Source of the DNA: a virus
Taxonomy: Duplodnaviria > Heunggongvirae > Uroviricota > Caudoviricetes
Length of the DNA stretch: 64,000 bases
IMG/VR virus record: IMGVR_UViG_2917886563_000007
Strand: one strand, 5' to 3'
Below, piece after piece: positions 38,178 to 52,705 of this stretch (its first letter is position 1; each line of letters starts with the position of its first letter). The notes under the pieces were generated by a model. It was not told the origin of the DNA and did no database searches. It saw only the letters and a program-made list of their open reading frames with translations. A program made the position numbers and the translations under genes.

Positions 38178-38559
38178 CCATTACAAAGCCCATCTACTGG
38201 TGGGCTTGATAATGGCTTATACCCTACACGGGATAACTTAACTGATATCCCTTTTAACGGATAAAGGTATTCAAGCCTGACACATCATGCGCTGTATCGT
38301 CGCTGTATTCCTGCATTAACCATGACCGTAGCCCGACGGGGAACTCCTTCTGCGCGAGTGTGCGGGAATAATCAAAAACGATGCACACCGGGTTTTTACC
38401 GCGTTTATGATTCGCGGGGTTGTCCCTCATGCTCGCCAGTCCTGTGCGGGGGTGGAAGAAACAGGACGTGTATTCAGGTCTGTGCGACCGTGGTCGCACG
38501 ACTTTGGTCGTTCAGATATTAAATCCCATTGCGAAGTAAACCCGAATGGCTGGCGGGTC

Positions 38560-38770
38560 CTTTCCGGCAATCAAGAACGTTACGGGGCGGAAGGCGCGCG
38601 GGTTTTCGCTATTTATGAAAATTTTCCGGTTTAAGGCGTTTCCGTTCTTCTTCTCCGTAACTTAATGTTTTTATTTAAAACACCCCCTGAAAAGAAAGGA
38701 AACGACAGGTGCTGAAAACAGGCCTTTTGGCCTCTGTCGTTTCCTTTCTCTGTTTTTGTCCGTGGAATGA
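38560..38770. promoter_or_regulatory. cos site (cosN/cosB) upstream of nu1
   Basis: Region …GGGCGGAAGGCGCGCGGGTTTTCGCTATTTATGAAAATTTTCCGGTTTAAGGCGTTTCCGTTCTTCTTC… closely parallels the start of the lambda genome as recalled; cosN about 38585-38596. Confidence 0.8.
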
Positions 38771-38773
38771 ACA

Positions 38774-39293
38774 ATGGAAGTCAACAAAAAGCAGCTGGCT
38801 GAAATTTTCGGTGCGAGTATCCGTACCATTCAGAACTGGCAGGAGCAGGGAATGCCCGTTCTGCGAGGCGGTGGAAAGGGTAATGAGGTGCTTTATGACT
38901 CTGCCGCCGTCATAAAATGGTATGCCGAAAGGGATGCTGAAATTGAGAACGAAAAGCTGCGCCGGGAGGTTGAAGAATTACGGCTGGCCAGCGAGACAGA
39001 TCTCCAGCCAGGGACTATTGAGTACGAACGCCATCGACTTACGCGTGCGCAGGCCGACGCACAGGAGCTGAAAAATGCCAGAGACTCCGCTGAAGTGGTG
39101 GAAACCGCATTCTGTACTTTCGTGCTGTCGCGGATCGCAGGTGAAATTGCCAGTATTCTCGACGGGATCCCCCTGTCGGTGCAGCGGCGTTTTCCGGAAC
39201 TGGAAAACCGACATGTTGATTTCCTGAAACGGGATATCATCAAAGCCATGAACAAAGCAGCCGCGCTGGATGAACTGATACCGGGGTTGCTGA

Positions 39294-39319
<26 letters not shown>
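38774..39319 (+). CDS. nu1: terminase small subunit Nu1
   Basis: 181-aa ORF near-identical to lambda Nu1 (MEVNKKQLAEIFGASIRTIQNWQEQGMPV…). Confidence 0.95.
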
Positions 39320-43000
<3,681 letters not shown>

Positions 43001-43020
<20 letters not shown>

Positions 43021-44320
43021 TCTCCCGCATATTGCCAGCATGGCCTTTAATGAGCCGCTGATGCTTGAACCCGCCTATGCGCGGGTTTTCTTTTGTGCGC
43101 TTGCAGGCCAGCTTGGGATCAGCCGCCTGACGGATGCGGTGTCCGGCGACAGCCTGACTGCCCAGGAGGCACTCGCGACGCTGGCATTATCCGGTGATGA
43201 TGACGGACCACGACAGGCCCGCAGTTATCAGGTCATGAACGGCATCGCCGTGCTGCCGGTGTCCGGCACGCTGGTCAGCCGGACGCGGGCGCTGCAGCCG
43301 TACTCGGGGATGACCGGTTACAACGGCATTATCGCCCGTCTGCAACAGGCTGCCAGCGACCCGATGGTGGACGGCATTCTGCTCGATATGGACACACCAG
43401 GCGGAATGGTGGCGGGAGCATTTGACTGCGCTGACATCATCGCCCGTGTGCGTGACATAAAACCGGTATGGGCGCTGGCCAACGACATGAACTGCAGTGC
43501 AGGTCAGCTGCTTGCCAGTGCTGCCTCCCGGCGTCTGGTCACGCAGACCGCCCGGACAGGCTCCATCGGCGTCATGATGGCTCACAGTAATTACGGCGCT
43601 GCGCTGGAGAAACAGGGTGTGGAAATCACGCTGATTTACAGCGGCAGCCATAAGGTGGATGGCAACCCCTACAGCCATCTTCCGGATGATGTCCGGGAGA
43701 CACTGCAGTCCCGGATGGACGCAACCCGCCAGATGTTTGCACAGAAGGTGTCGGCATATACCGGCCTGTCTGTGCAGGCTGTGCTGGATACCGAGGCTGC
43801 AGTGTACAGCGGTCAGGAGGCCATTGATGCCGGACTGGCTGATGAACTTGTTAACAGCACCGATGCGATCACCGTCATGCGTGATGCACTGGATGCACGT
43901 AAATCCCGTCTCTCAGGAGGGCGAATGACCAAAGAGACTCAATCAACAACTGTTTCAGCCACTGCTTCGCAGGCTGACGTTACTGAGGTGGTGCCAGCGA
44001 CGGAGGGCGAAAACGCCAGCGCGGCGCAGCCGGACGTGAACGCGCAGATCACCGCAGCGGTTGCGGCAGAAAACAGCCGCATTATGGGGATCCTCAACTG
44101 TGAGGAGGCTCACGGACGCGAAGAACAGGCACGCGTGCTGGCAGAAACCCCCGGTATGACCGTGGAAACGGCCCGCCGCATTCTGGCCGCAGCACCACAG
44201 AGTGCACAGGCGCGCAGTGACACTGCGCTGGATCGTCTGATGCAGGGTGCACCGGCACCGCTGGCTGCAGGTAACCCGGCATCTGATGCCGTTAACGATT
44301 TGCTGAACACACCAGTGTAA
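43001..44320 (+). CDS. C: capsid assembly protease C (with nested scaffold Nu3 in its 3' part)
   Basis: GTG start (VTAELRNLPHIASMAFNEPL…) overlapping end of B; 439 aa matching lambda gpC; track ORF 42866..44320 starts too early. Confidence 0.9.
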
Positions 44321-44329
44321 GGGATGTTT

Positions 44330-44662
44330 ATGACGAGCAAAGAAACCTTTACCCATTACCAGCCGCTGGGCAACAGTGACCCGGCTCATACCGCAACCGC
44401 ACCCGGCGGATTGAGTGCGAAAGCGCCTGCAATGACCCCGCTGATGCTGGACACCGCCACCCGTAAGCTGGTTGCGTGGGATGGCACCACCGACGGTGCT
44501 GCCGTTGGCATTCTTGCGGTTGCTGCTGACCAGACCAGCACCACGCTGACGTTCTACAAGTCCGGCACGTTCCGTTATGAGGATGTGCTCTGGCCGGAGG
44601 CTGCCAGCGACGAGACGAAAAAACGGACCGCGTTTGCCGGAACGGCAATCAGCATCGTTTAA
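44330..44662 (+). CDS. D: head decoration protein D
   Basis: [27 protein letters not shown]… matching lambda gpD. Confidence 0.95.
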   Translation: MTSKETFTHYQPLGNSDPAHTATAPGGLSAKAPAMTPLMLDTATRKLVAWDGTTDGAAVGILAVAADQTSTTLTFYKSGTFRYEDVLWPEAASDETKKRTAFAGTAISIV

Positions 44663-44716
44663 CTTTACCCTTCATCAACAAAGGCCGCCTGTGCGGCTTT
44701 TTTACGGGATTTTTTT

Positions 44717-45742
44717 ATGTCGATGTACACAACCGCCCAGCTGCTGGCGGCAAATGAGCAGAAATTTAAGTTTGATCCGCTGTTTCTGCGTCTCTTTTTC
44801 CGTGAAAGCTATCCCTTCACCACGGAGAAAGTCTATCTCTCACAAATTCCGGGACTGGTAAACATGGCGCTGTACGTTTCGCCGATTGTTTCCGGTGAGG
44901 TTATCCGTTCCCGTGGCGGCTCCACCTCTGAATTTACGCCGGGATATGTCAAACCCAAGCATGAAGTGAATCCGCAGATGACCCTGCGTCGCCTGCCGGA
45001 TGAAGATCCGCAGAATCTGGCGGATCCGGCTTACCGTCGCCGTCGCATCATCATGCAGAACATGCGTGACGAAGAGCTGGCCATTGCCCAGGTCGAAGAG
45101 ATGCAGGCAGTTTCTGCCGTGCTTAAGGGCAAATACACCATGACCGGTGAAGCCTTCGATCCGGTTGAGGTGGATATGGGCCGCAGTGCGGCGAATAACA
45201 TCACGCAGTCCGGCGGCACGGAGTGGAGCAAGCGTGACAAGTCCACGTATGACCCGACCGACGATATCGAAGCCTACGCGCTGAACGCCAGCGGTGTGGT
45301 GAATATCATAGTGTTCGATCCGAAAGGCTGGGCGCTGTTCCGTTCCTTCAAAGCCGTCAGGGAGAAGCTGGATACCCGTCGCGGCTCTCATTCCGAGCTG
45401 GAGACAGCGGTGAAAGACCTGGGTAAAGCGGTGTCCTATAAGGGGATGTATGGCGATGTGGCCATCGTCGTGTATTCCGGACAGTACGTGGAAAACGGTG
45501 TCAAAAAGAACTTCCTGCCGGACAACACGATGGTGCTTGGGAACACTCAGGCACGCGGTCTGCGCACCTATGGCTGTATTCAGGATGCGGATGCATTGAG
45601 TGAGGGTATTAATGCGTCTCCTCGTTATCCGAAAAACTGGAAGACATCCGGCGATCCGGCGCGTGAGTTCACCATGATTCAGTCAGCACCGCTGATGCTG
45701 CTGGCTGATCCTGATGAGTTCGTGTCCGTACAACTGGCGTAA
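44717..45742 (+). CDS. E: major capsid protein E
   Basis: 341-aa ORF matching lambda gpE. Confidence 0.95.
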   Translation: MSMYTTAQLLAANEQKFKFDPLFLRLFFRESYPFTTEKVYLSQIPGLVNMALYVSPIVSGEVIRSRGGSTSEFTPGYVKPKHEVNPQMTLRRLPDEDPQNLADPAYRRRRIIMQNMRDEELAIAQVEEMQAVSAVLKGKYTMTGEAFDPVEVDMGRSAANNITQSGGTEWSKRDKSTYDPTDDIEAYALNASGVVNIIVFDPKGWALFRSFKAVREKLDTRRGSHSELETAVKDLGKAVSYKGMYGDVAIVVYSGQYVENGVKKNFLPDNTMVLGNTQARGLRTYGCIQDADALSEGINASPRYPKNWKTSGDPAREFTMIQSAPLMLLADPDEFVSVQLA

Positions 45743-45783
45743 TCATGGCCCTTCGGGGCCATTTTCTCTCTGTGGAGGAGTCC

Positions 45784-46182
45784 ATGACGAAAGATGAACT
45801 GATTGCCCGTCTCCGCTCGCTGGGTGAACAACTGAACCGTGATGTCAGCCTGACGGGGACGAAAGAAGAACTGGCGCTCCGTGTGGCAGAGCTGGAAGAG
45901 GAGCTTGATGACACGAGTGATATTGCCGTTCAGGATACCCTTCTCAGCCCGGAAAATGCGCTGACCGGACATGAAAATGAGGTGGTATCAGCGCAGCCGG
46001 ATACTGTGATTCAGGATACGGCTGAACTGGTCACGGTCGTGGCACTGGTGACGCTGCATACTGATGCACTTCACGCCATCCGGGATGAACCTGTGGCATT
46101 TGTGCTGCCGGGAACGGCGTTCCGTGTCTCTGCCGGTGTGGCAGCCGAAATGACAGAGCGCGGCCTGGCCAGAATGCAATAA
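45784..46182 (+). CDS. FI: DNA packaging protein FI
   Basis: ORF 45745..46182; start MTKDELIARLRSLGEQLN… as in lambda FI. Confidence 0.85.
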   Translation: MTKDELIARLRSLGEQLNRDVSLTGTKEELALRVAELEEELDDTSDIAVQDTLLSPENALTGHENEVVSAQPDTVIQDTAELVTVVALVTLHTDALHAIRDEPVAFVLPGTAFRVSAGVAAEMTERGLARMQ

Positions 46183-46193
46183 CGGGAGGCGCT

Positions 46194-46547
46194 GTGGCTG
46201 ATTTCGATAACCTGTTCGATGCTGCCATTGCCCACGCCGATGAAACGATACGCGGGTACATGGGAACGTCAGCCACCATTACATCCGGTGAGCAGTCCGG
46301 TGCTGTAATACGTGGTGTTTTTGATGACCCTGAAAATATCAGCTATGCCGGTCCTGGCGTGCGCGTTGAAGGCTCCAGCCCGTCCCTGTTTGTCCGGACT
46401 GATGATGTGCGGCAGCTGCGGCGTGGAGACACGCTGACCATCGGTGAGGAAAACTTCTGGGTAGACCGGGTTTCGCCGGATGATGGCGGAAGTTGTCATC
46501 TCTGGCTTGGGCGTGGCGTGCCGCCTGCCGTTAACCGTCGCCGCTGA
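46194..46547 (+). CDS. FII: head-tail connector FII
   Basis: GTG start; MADFDNLFDAAIAHADETIRGYMG… matching lambda FII. Confidence 0.9.
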   Translation: MADFDNLFDAAIAHADETIRGYMGTSATITSGEQSGAVIRGVFDDPENISYAGPGVRVEGSSPSLFVRTDDVRQLRRGDTLTIGEENFWVDRVSPDDGGSCHLWLGRGVPPAVNRRR

Positions 46548-46558
46548 AAGGGGGATGC

Positions 46559-47137
46559 ATGGCCATAAAAGGTCTTGAGCAGGCCGTTGAAAACCTCAGC
46601 CGTATCAGCAAAACGGCGGTGCCCGGTGCCGCCGCAATGGCCATTAACCGCGTTGCTTCATCCGCGATATCGCAGTCGGCGTCACAGGTTGCCCGTGAGA
46701 CAAAGGTACGCCGGAAACTGGTAAAGGAAAGGGCCAGGCTGAAAAGGGCCACGGTCAAAAATCCGCAGGCCAGAATCAAAGTTAACCGGGGGGATTTGCC
46801 CGTAATCAAGCTGGGTAATGCGCGGGTTGTCCTGTCCCGCCGCAGGCGTCGTAAAAAGGGGCAGCGTTCATCCCTGAAAGGTGGCGGTAGCGTGCTTGTG
46901 GTGGGTAACCGTCGTATTCCCGGCGCGTTTATTCAGCAACTGAAAAATGGCCGGTGGCATGTCATGCAGCGTGTGGCCGGGAAAAACCGTTACCCCATTG
47001 ATGTGGTGAAAATCCCGATGGCGGTGCCGCTGACCACGGCGTTTAAACAGAATATTGAGCGGATACGGCGTGAGCGTCTTCCGAAAGAGCTGGGCTATGC
47101 GCTGCAGCATCAACTGAGAATGGTAATAAAGCGATGA
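46559..47137 (+). CDS. Z: tail completion protein Z
   Basis: 192-aa ORF matching lambda gpZ. Confidence 0.9.
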   Translation: MAIKGLEQAVENLSRISKTAVPGAAAMAINRVASSAISQSASQVARETKVRRKLVKERARLKRATVKNPQARIKVNRGDLPVIKLGNARVVLSRRRRRKKGQRSSLKGGGSVLVVGNRRIPGAFIQQLKNGRWHVMQRVAGKNRYPIDVVKIPMAVPLTTAFKQNIERIRRERLPKELGYALQHQLRMVIKR

Positions 47138-47529
47138 AACATACTGAACTCCGTGCAGCCGTACTGGATGCACTGGAGAAGCATGACACCGGGGCGACGC
47201 TTTTTGATGGTCGCCCCGCTGTTTTTGATGAGGAAGATTTTCCGGCAATTGCCGTTTATCTCACCGGCGCTGAATACACGGGCGAAGAGCTGGACAGCGA
47301 TACCTGGCAGGCGGAGCTGCATATTGAAGTTTTCCTGCCTGCTCAGGTGCCGGATTCAGAGCTGGATTCGTGGATGGAGTCCCGGATTTATCCGGTGATG
47401 AGCGATATCCCGGCACTGTCAGAGTTGATCACCAGTATGGTGGCCAGTGGCTATGACTACCGACGCGACGATGATGCGGGCCTGTGGAGTTCAGCCGATC
47501 TGACTTATGTCATTACCTATGAAATGTGA
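47134..47529 (+). CDS. U: tail terminator U
   Basis: 131-aa ORF matching lambda gpU. Confidence 0.9.
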   Translation: MKHTELRAAVLDALEKHDTGATLFDGRPAVFDEEDFPAIAVYLTGAEYTGEELDSDTWQAELHIEVFLPAQVPDSELDSWMESRIYPVMSDIPALSELITSMVASGYDYRRDDDAGLWSSADLTYVITYEM

Positions 47530-47536
47530 GGACGCT

Positions 47537-48277
47537 ATGCCTGTACCAAATCCTACAATGCCGGTGAAAGGTGCCGGGACCACACTGTGGGTTTATAAGG
47601 GGAACGGTGACCCTTATGCGAACCCACTTTCAGACGTTGACTGGTCGCGTCTGGCAAAAGTTAAAGACCTGACGCCCGGCGAACTGACCGCTGAGTCCTA
47701 TGACGACAGCTATCTCGATGATGAAGATGCAGACTGGACTGCGACCGGGCAGGGGCAGAAATCAGCCGGAGATACCAGCTTCACGCTGGCGTGGATGCCC
47801 GGAGAGCAGGGGCAGCAGGCGCTGCTGGCGTGGTTTAATGAAGGTGATACCCGTGCCTATAAAATCCGCTTCCCGAACGGCACGGTCGATGTGTTCCGTG
47901 GCTGGGTCAGCAGTATCGGTAAAGCGGTGACGGCTAAGGAAGTGATTACCCGCACGGTGAAGGTCACCAATGTGGGACGTCCGTCGATGGCAGAAGATCG
48001 CAGCACGGTGACGGCGGCCACCGGCATGACGGTGACACCCGCCAGTGCTTCCGTAGTGAAAGGGCAGAGCACTACGCTGACCGTGGCATTCCAGCCGGAG
48101 GGCGCAACCGACAAGAGCTTCCGTGCGGTGTCTGCGGATAAAACAAAAGCCACCGTGTCGGTCAGCGGTATGACCATCACCGTGAACGGCGTTGCTGCAG
48201 GCAAGGTCAACATTCCGGTTGTCTCCGGTAATGGTGAGTTTGCTGCGGTTGCAGAAATCACCGTCACCGCCAGTTAA
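47537..48277 (+). CDS. V: major tail protein V
   Basis: ORF 47507..48277; start [22 protein letters not shown]… as lambda gpV; C-terminal Ig-like domain. Confidence 0.9.
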   Translation: MPVPNPTMPVKGAGTTLWVYKGNGDPYANPLSDVDWSRLAKVKDLTPGELTAESYDDSYLDDEDADWTATGQGQKSAGDTSFTLAWMPGEQGQQALLAWFNEGDTRAYKIRFPNGTVDVFRGWVSSIGKAVTAKEVITRTVKVTNVGRPSMAEDRSTVTAATGMTVTPASASVVKGQSTTLTVAFQPEGATDKSFRAVSADKTKATVSVSGMTITVNGVAAGKVNIPVVSGNGEFAAVAEITVTAS

Positions 48278-48292
48278 TCCGGAGAGTCAGCG

Positions 48293-48706
48293 ATGTTCCT
48301 GAAAACCGAATCATTTGAATATAACGGCGTGACCGTCACGCTTTCTGAACTGTCAGCCCTGCAGCGTATTGAGCATCTTGCCCTGATGAAACAGCAGGCA
48401 GAATCCGACAGTAACCGGAAGTTTACTGTGGAAGACGTCATCAGAACCGGCGCTTTTGTGGTGGCGATGTCTCTGTGGCATAACCATCCGAAGAAGACGC
48501 AGATGCCGTCCATGAATGAAGCCGTTAAACAGATTGAGCAGGAAGTGCTTACCACCTGGCCCACAGAGGCAATTTCTCATGCTGAAAACGTGGTGTACCG
48601 GCTGTCCGGTATGTATGAGTTTGTGGTGAATAATGCCCCTGAACAGGCAGAGGACGCCGGGCCTGCAGAGCCTGTTTCTGCGGGAAAGTGTTCGACGGTG
48701 AGCTGA
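48293..48706 (+). CDS. G: tail assembly chaperone G
   Basis: 137-aa ORF matching lambda gpG. Confidence 0.9.
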   Translation: MFLKTESFEYNGVTVTLSELSALQRIEHLALMKQQAESDSNRKFTVEDVIRTGAFVVAMSLWHNHPKKTQMPSMNEAVKQIEQEVLTTWPTEAISHAENVVYRLSGMYEFVVNNAPEQAEDAGPAEPVSAGKCSTVS

Positions 48707-49122
48707 GTTTTGCCCTGAAACTGGCGCGTGAGATGGGGCGACCCGACTGGCGCGCCATGCTTGCCGGGATGTCATCCACGGAGTATGCCGACTGGCACCG
48801 TTTTTACAGCACCCATTATTTTCATGATGTTCTGCTGGATATGCACTTTTCCGGGCTGACGTACACCGTGCTCAGCCTGTTTTTCAGCGATCCGGATATG
48901 CATCCGCTGGATTTCAGTCTGCTGAACCGGCGCGAGGCTGACGAAGAGCCTGAAGATGATGTGCTGATGCAGAAAGCGGCAGGGCTTGCCGGAGGCGTTC
49001 GTTTTGGCCCGGACGGGAATGAAGTTATCCCCGCTTCCCCGGATGTGGCGGACATGACGGAGGATGACGTAATGCTGATGACAGTATCAGAAGGGATCGC
49101 AGGAGGAGTCCGGTATGGCTGA
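48293..49122 (+). CDS. T: tail assembly chaperone G-T (product of -1 programmed frameshift)
   Basis: T frame 48688..49122 lacks own RBS and is in -1 frame relative to G; slippery heptamer GGGAAAG at 48682-48688. Confidence 0.85.
48682..48688 (+). promoter_or_regulatory. -1 programmed ribosomal frameshift slippery site G GGA AAG
   Basis: Heptamer sits with GGA as in-frame G codon six codons before the G stop. Confidence 0.85.
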
Positions 49123-51676
49123 ACCGGTAGGCGATCTGGTCGTTGATTTAAGTCTGGATGCGGCCAGATTTGACGAGCAGATGGCCAGAGTCAGGCGTCA
49201 TTTTTCCGGTACGGAAACTGATGCGAAAAAAACAGCGGCAGTCGTTGAACAGTCAATGAACCGGCAGGCGCTGGCTGCACAGAAAGCGGGGATTTCCGTC
49301 GGGCAGTATAAAGCCGCCATGCGTATGCTGCCTGCGCAGTTCACCGACGTGGCCACGCAGCTTGCAGGCGGGCAAAGTCCGTGGCTGATCCTGCTGCAAC
49401 AGGGTGGTCAGGTGAAGGACTCCTTCGGCGGGATGATCCCCATGTTCAGGGGGCTTGCCGGTGCGATCACCCTGCCGATGGTCGGGGCCACCTCGCTGGC
49501 GGTGGTGACCGGTGCGCTGGCGTATGCCTGGTATCAGGGCAACTCAACCCTGTCCGATTTCAACAAAACGCTGGTCCTTTCCGGCAATCAGTCGGGTCTG
49601 ACGGCAGATCGTATGCTGGTCCTGTCCAGAGCAGGGCAGGCGGCAGGGCTGACGTTTAACCAGACCAGCGAGTCACTCAGCGCACTGGTTAAGGCGGGGG
49701 TAAGCGGTGAGGCTCAGATTGCGTCCATCAGCCAGAGTGTGGCGCGTTTCTCCTCTGCATCCGGCGTGGAGGTGGACAAGGTCGCTGAAGCCTTCGGGAA
49801 GCTGACCACAGACCCGACGTCAGGGCTGACAGCGATGGCGCGCCAGTTCCATAACGTGACGGCGGAGCAGATTGCGTATGTTGCTCAGTTGCAGCGTTCC
49901 GGCGATGAAGCCGGGGCATTGCAGGCGGCGAACGAGGCCGCAACGAAAGGGTTTGATGACCAGACCCGACGCCTGAAAGAGAACATGGGCACGCTGGAAA
50001 CCTGGGCAGACAGGACAGCACGGGCATTCAAATCCATGTGGGATGCGGTGCTGGATATTGGTCGTCCTGATACCGCTCAGGAGATGCTGATTAAGGCAGA
50101 GGCTGCGTTTAAGAAAGCGGACGACATCTGGAATCTGCGCAAGGATGATTATTTTGTTAACGATGAAGCGCGGGCGCGTTACTGGGATGATCGTGAAAAG
50201 GCCCGTCTTGCGCTTGAAGCCGCCCGAAAGAAGGCTGAACAGCAGAGTCAACAGGACAAAAATGCGCAGCAGCAGAGCGATACCGAAGCGTCACGGCTGA
50301 AATATACCGAAGAGGCGCAGAAGGCTTACGAACGGCTGCAGACGCCGCTGGAGAAATATACCGCCCGTCAGGAAGAACTGAACAAGGCACTGAAAGACGG
50401 GAAAATCCTGCAGGCAGATTACAACACGCTGATGGCGGCGGCGAAAAAGGATTATGAAGCGACGCTGAAAAAGCCGAAACAGTCCGGCGTGAAGGTGTCT
50501 GCGGGCGATCGTCAGGAAGACAATGCTCATGCTGCCCTGCTGACGCTTCAGGCAGAACTCCGGACACTGGAGAAGCATGCCGGAGCGAATGAGAAAATCA
50601 GCCAGCAGCGCCGGGATTTGTGGAAGGCAGAAAGTCAGTTCGCGGTACTGGAGGAGGCAGCACAACGTCGCCAGCTGTCCGCACAGGAGAAATCCCTGCT
50701 GGCGCATAAAGACGAGACGCTGGAGTACAAACGCCAGCTGGCTGCACTTGGCGATAAGGTCACGTATCAGGAGCACCTGAATGCGCTGGCGCAGCAGGCG
50801 GATAAATTCGCACAGCAACAACGGGCAAAACGGGCAGCCATTGAGGCGAAAAACCGGGGGCTGACTGACCGGCAGGCAGCGCGGGACGCCACGGAACAGC
50901 GCCTGAAGGAACAGTATGGCGATAATCCGCTGGCGCTGAATAGCGTCATGTCAGAGCAGAGAAAGACCTGGGCGGCTGAAGACCAGCTTCGTGGAAGCTG
51001 GATGGCAGGCCTGAAGTCCGGCTGGAGCGAGTGGAAAGAGAGCGCCACGGACAGTATGTCGCAGGTTAAAAGTGCTGCCACGCAGACCTTTGATGGTATT
51101 GCGCAGAATATGGCGGCGATGCTGACCGGCAGTGAGCAGAACTGGCGCAGCTTCACCCGTTCCGTGCTGTCCATGATGACAGAAATTCTGCTTAAGCAGG
51201 CAATGGTGGGGATTGTCGGGAGTATCGGCAGCGCCATTGGCGGGGCTGTTGGTGGCGGCGCATCAGCATCAGGCGGTACAGCCATTCAGGCCGCTGCGGC
51301 GAAATTCCATTTTGCGACCGGGGGATTTACGGGAACCGGCGGCAAATATGAGCCAGCGGGGATTGTTCACCGTGGTGAATTTGTCTTCACGAAGGAGGCA
51401 ACCAGCCGGATTGGCGTGGGGAATCTCTACCGGCTGATGCGCGGCTATGCCACCGGTGGTTATGTCGGTACACCGGGCAGCCTGGCGGACAGCCGGTCGC
51501 AGGCGTCCGGGAAGTTTGAGCAGAATAACCATGTGGTGATTAATAACGACGGCACGAACGGTCAGATAGGGCCACAGGCGCTGAAGGCTGTTTATGACGT
51601 AGCCCGTAAGGCGGCAATGGATGTCGTGACCGGGCAGATGCGTGATGGTGGTCTGTTCTCCGGAGGTGGGCGATGA
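49115..51676 (+). CDS. H: tail tape measure protein H
   Basis: 853-aa ORF, lambda gpH-like. Confidence 0.95.
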   Translation: MAEPVGDLVVDLSLDAARFDEQMARVRRHFSGTETDAKKTAAVVEQSMNRQALAAQKAGISVGQYKAAMRMLPAQFTDVATQLAGGQSPWLILLQQGGQVKDSFGGMIPMFRGLAGAITLPMVGATSLAVVTGALAYAWYQGNSTLSDFNKTLVLSGNQSGLTADRMLVLSRAGQAAGLTFNQTSESLSALVKAGVSGEAQIASISQSVARFSSASGVEVDKVAEAFGKLTTDPTSGLTAMARQFHNVTAEQIAYVAQLQRSGDEAGALQAANEAATKGFDDQTRRLKENMGTLETWADRTARAFKSMWDAVLDIGRPDTAQEMLIKAEAAFKKADDIWNLRKDDYFVNDEARARYWDDREKARLALEAARKKAEQQSQQDKNAQQQSDTEASRLKYTEEAQKAYERLQTPLEKYTARQEELNKALKDGKILQADYNTLMAAAKKDYEATLKKPKQSGVKVSAGDRQEDNAHAALLTLQAELRTLEKHAGANEKISQQRRDLWKAESQFAVLEEAAQRRQLSAQEKSLLAHKDETLEYKRQLAALGDKVTYQEHLNALAQQADKFAQQQRAKRAAIEAKNRGLTDRQAARDATEQRLKEQYGDNPLALNSVMSEQRKTWAAEDQLRGSWMAGLKSGWSEWKESATDSMSQVKSAATQTFDGIAQNMAAMLTGSEQNWRSFTRSVLSMMTEILLKQAMVGIVGSIGSAIGGAVGGGASASGGTAIQAAAAKFHFATGGFTGTGGKYEPAGIVHRGEFVFTKEATSRIGVGNLYRLMRGYATGGYVGTPGSLADSRSQASGKFEQNNHVVINNDGTNGQIGPQALKAVYDVARKAAMDVVTGQMRDGGLFSGGGR

Positions 51677-52002
51677 AAACCTTCCGCTGGAAAGTGAAAC
51701 CGGGTATGGATGTGGCTTCGGCTCCTTCCGTCAGGGAGGTGCGCTTTGGTGATGGTTACTCCCAGCGCGCGCCTGCCGGGCTGAATGCCAACCTGAAAAC
51801 GTACAACGTGACGATTTCTGTTCCCCGTTGGGAGGCCACGGCGCTGGAATCGTTTCTGGCAGAGCACGGAGGCTGGAAAGCCTTTCTGTGGACGCCGCCT
51901 TATGACTGGCGGCAGATAAAGGTGACCTGCGCAAAATGGACGTCGCGGGTCAGTATGCTGCGTGTTGAGTTCAGCGCAGAGTTTAAGCAGGTGGTGAACT
52001 GA
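51673..52002 (+). CDS. M: tail tip protein M
   Basis: 109-aa ORF matching lambda gpM. Confidence 0.9.
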   Translation: MKTFRWKVKPGMDVASAPSVREVRFGDGYSQRAPAGLNANLKTYNVTISVPRWEATALESFLAEHGGWKAFLWTPPYDWRQIKVTCAKWTSRVSMLRVEFSAEFKQVVN

Positions 52003-52700
52003 TGCAGGATATCCGGCAGGAAACACTGAATGAATGCACCCGTGCGGAGCAGTCGGCCAGCGTGGTGCTCTGGGAGATCGATCTGACAGAGGTCGGTGGA
52101 GAACGTTATTTTTTCTGTAATGAGCAGAACGAAAAAGGTGAGCCGGTCACCTGGCAGGGGCGGCAGTATCAGGCGTATCCCATTCAGGGGAGCGGATTTG
52201 AGATGAACGGCAAAGGAGCCAGTGCCAGACCAACGCTGAAAGTATCTAATCTGCACGGTATGGTCACCGGGATGGCGGAAGATCTGCAGAGTCTGGTCGG
52301 CGGAACGGTGGTCCGGCGTAAGGTTTACGCCCGTTTTCTGGATTCGGTGAACTTCGTCAACGGAAACAGTGACGCCGATCCGGAGCAGGAGGTGATCAGC
52401 CGCTGGCGCATCGAACAGTGCAGCGAACTGAGCGCGGTCAGTGCCTCTTTTGTACTGTCCACACCGACGGAAACGGACGGCGCTGTTTTTCCGGGGCGCA
52501 TCATGCTGGCCAACACCTGCACCTGGAGCTATCGCGGTGATGAGTGCGGTTATAACGGTCCGGCTGTCGCGGATGAATATGACCAGCCGACGTCCGATAT
52601 CACGAAGGATAAATGCAGCAAATGCCTGAGTGGCTGTAAGTTTCGCAATAATGTCGGCAACTTTGGCGGCTTCCTTTCCATTAACAAACTTTCGCAGTAA
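52002..52700 (+). CDS. L: tail tip protein L
   Basis: 232-aa ORF matching lambda gpL. Confidence 0.9.
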   Translation: MQDIRQETLNECTRAEQSASVVLWEIDLTEVGGERYFFCNEQNEKGEPVTWQGRQYQAYPIQGSGFEMNGKGASARPTLKVSNLHGMVTGMAEDLQSLVGGTVVRRKVYARFLDSVNFVNGNSDADPEQEVISRWRIEQCSELSAVSASFVLSTPTETDGAVFPGRIMLANTCTWSYRGDECGYNGPAVADEYDQPTSDITKDKCSKCLSGCKFRNNVGNFGGFLSINKLSQ

Positions 52701-52705
52701 ATCCC

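Noticed and set aside
49728-50821. Several 100-176-aa antisense ORFs within the tape-measure gene H
   Set aside because: Antisense to a long conserved structural gene; low-complexity translations.
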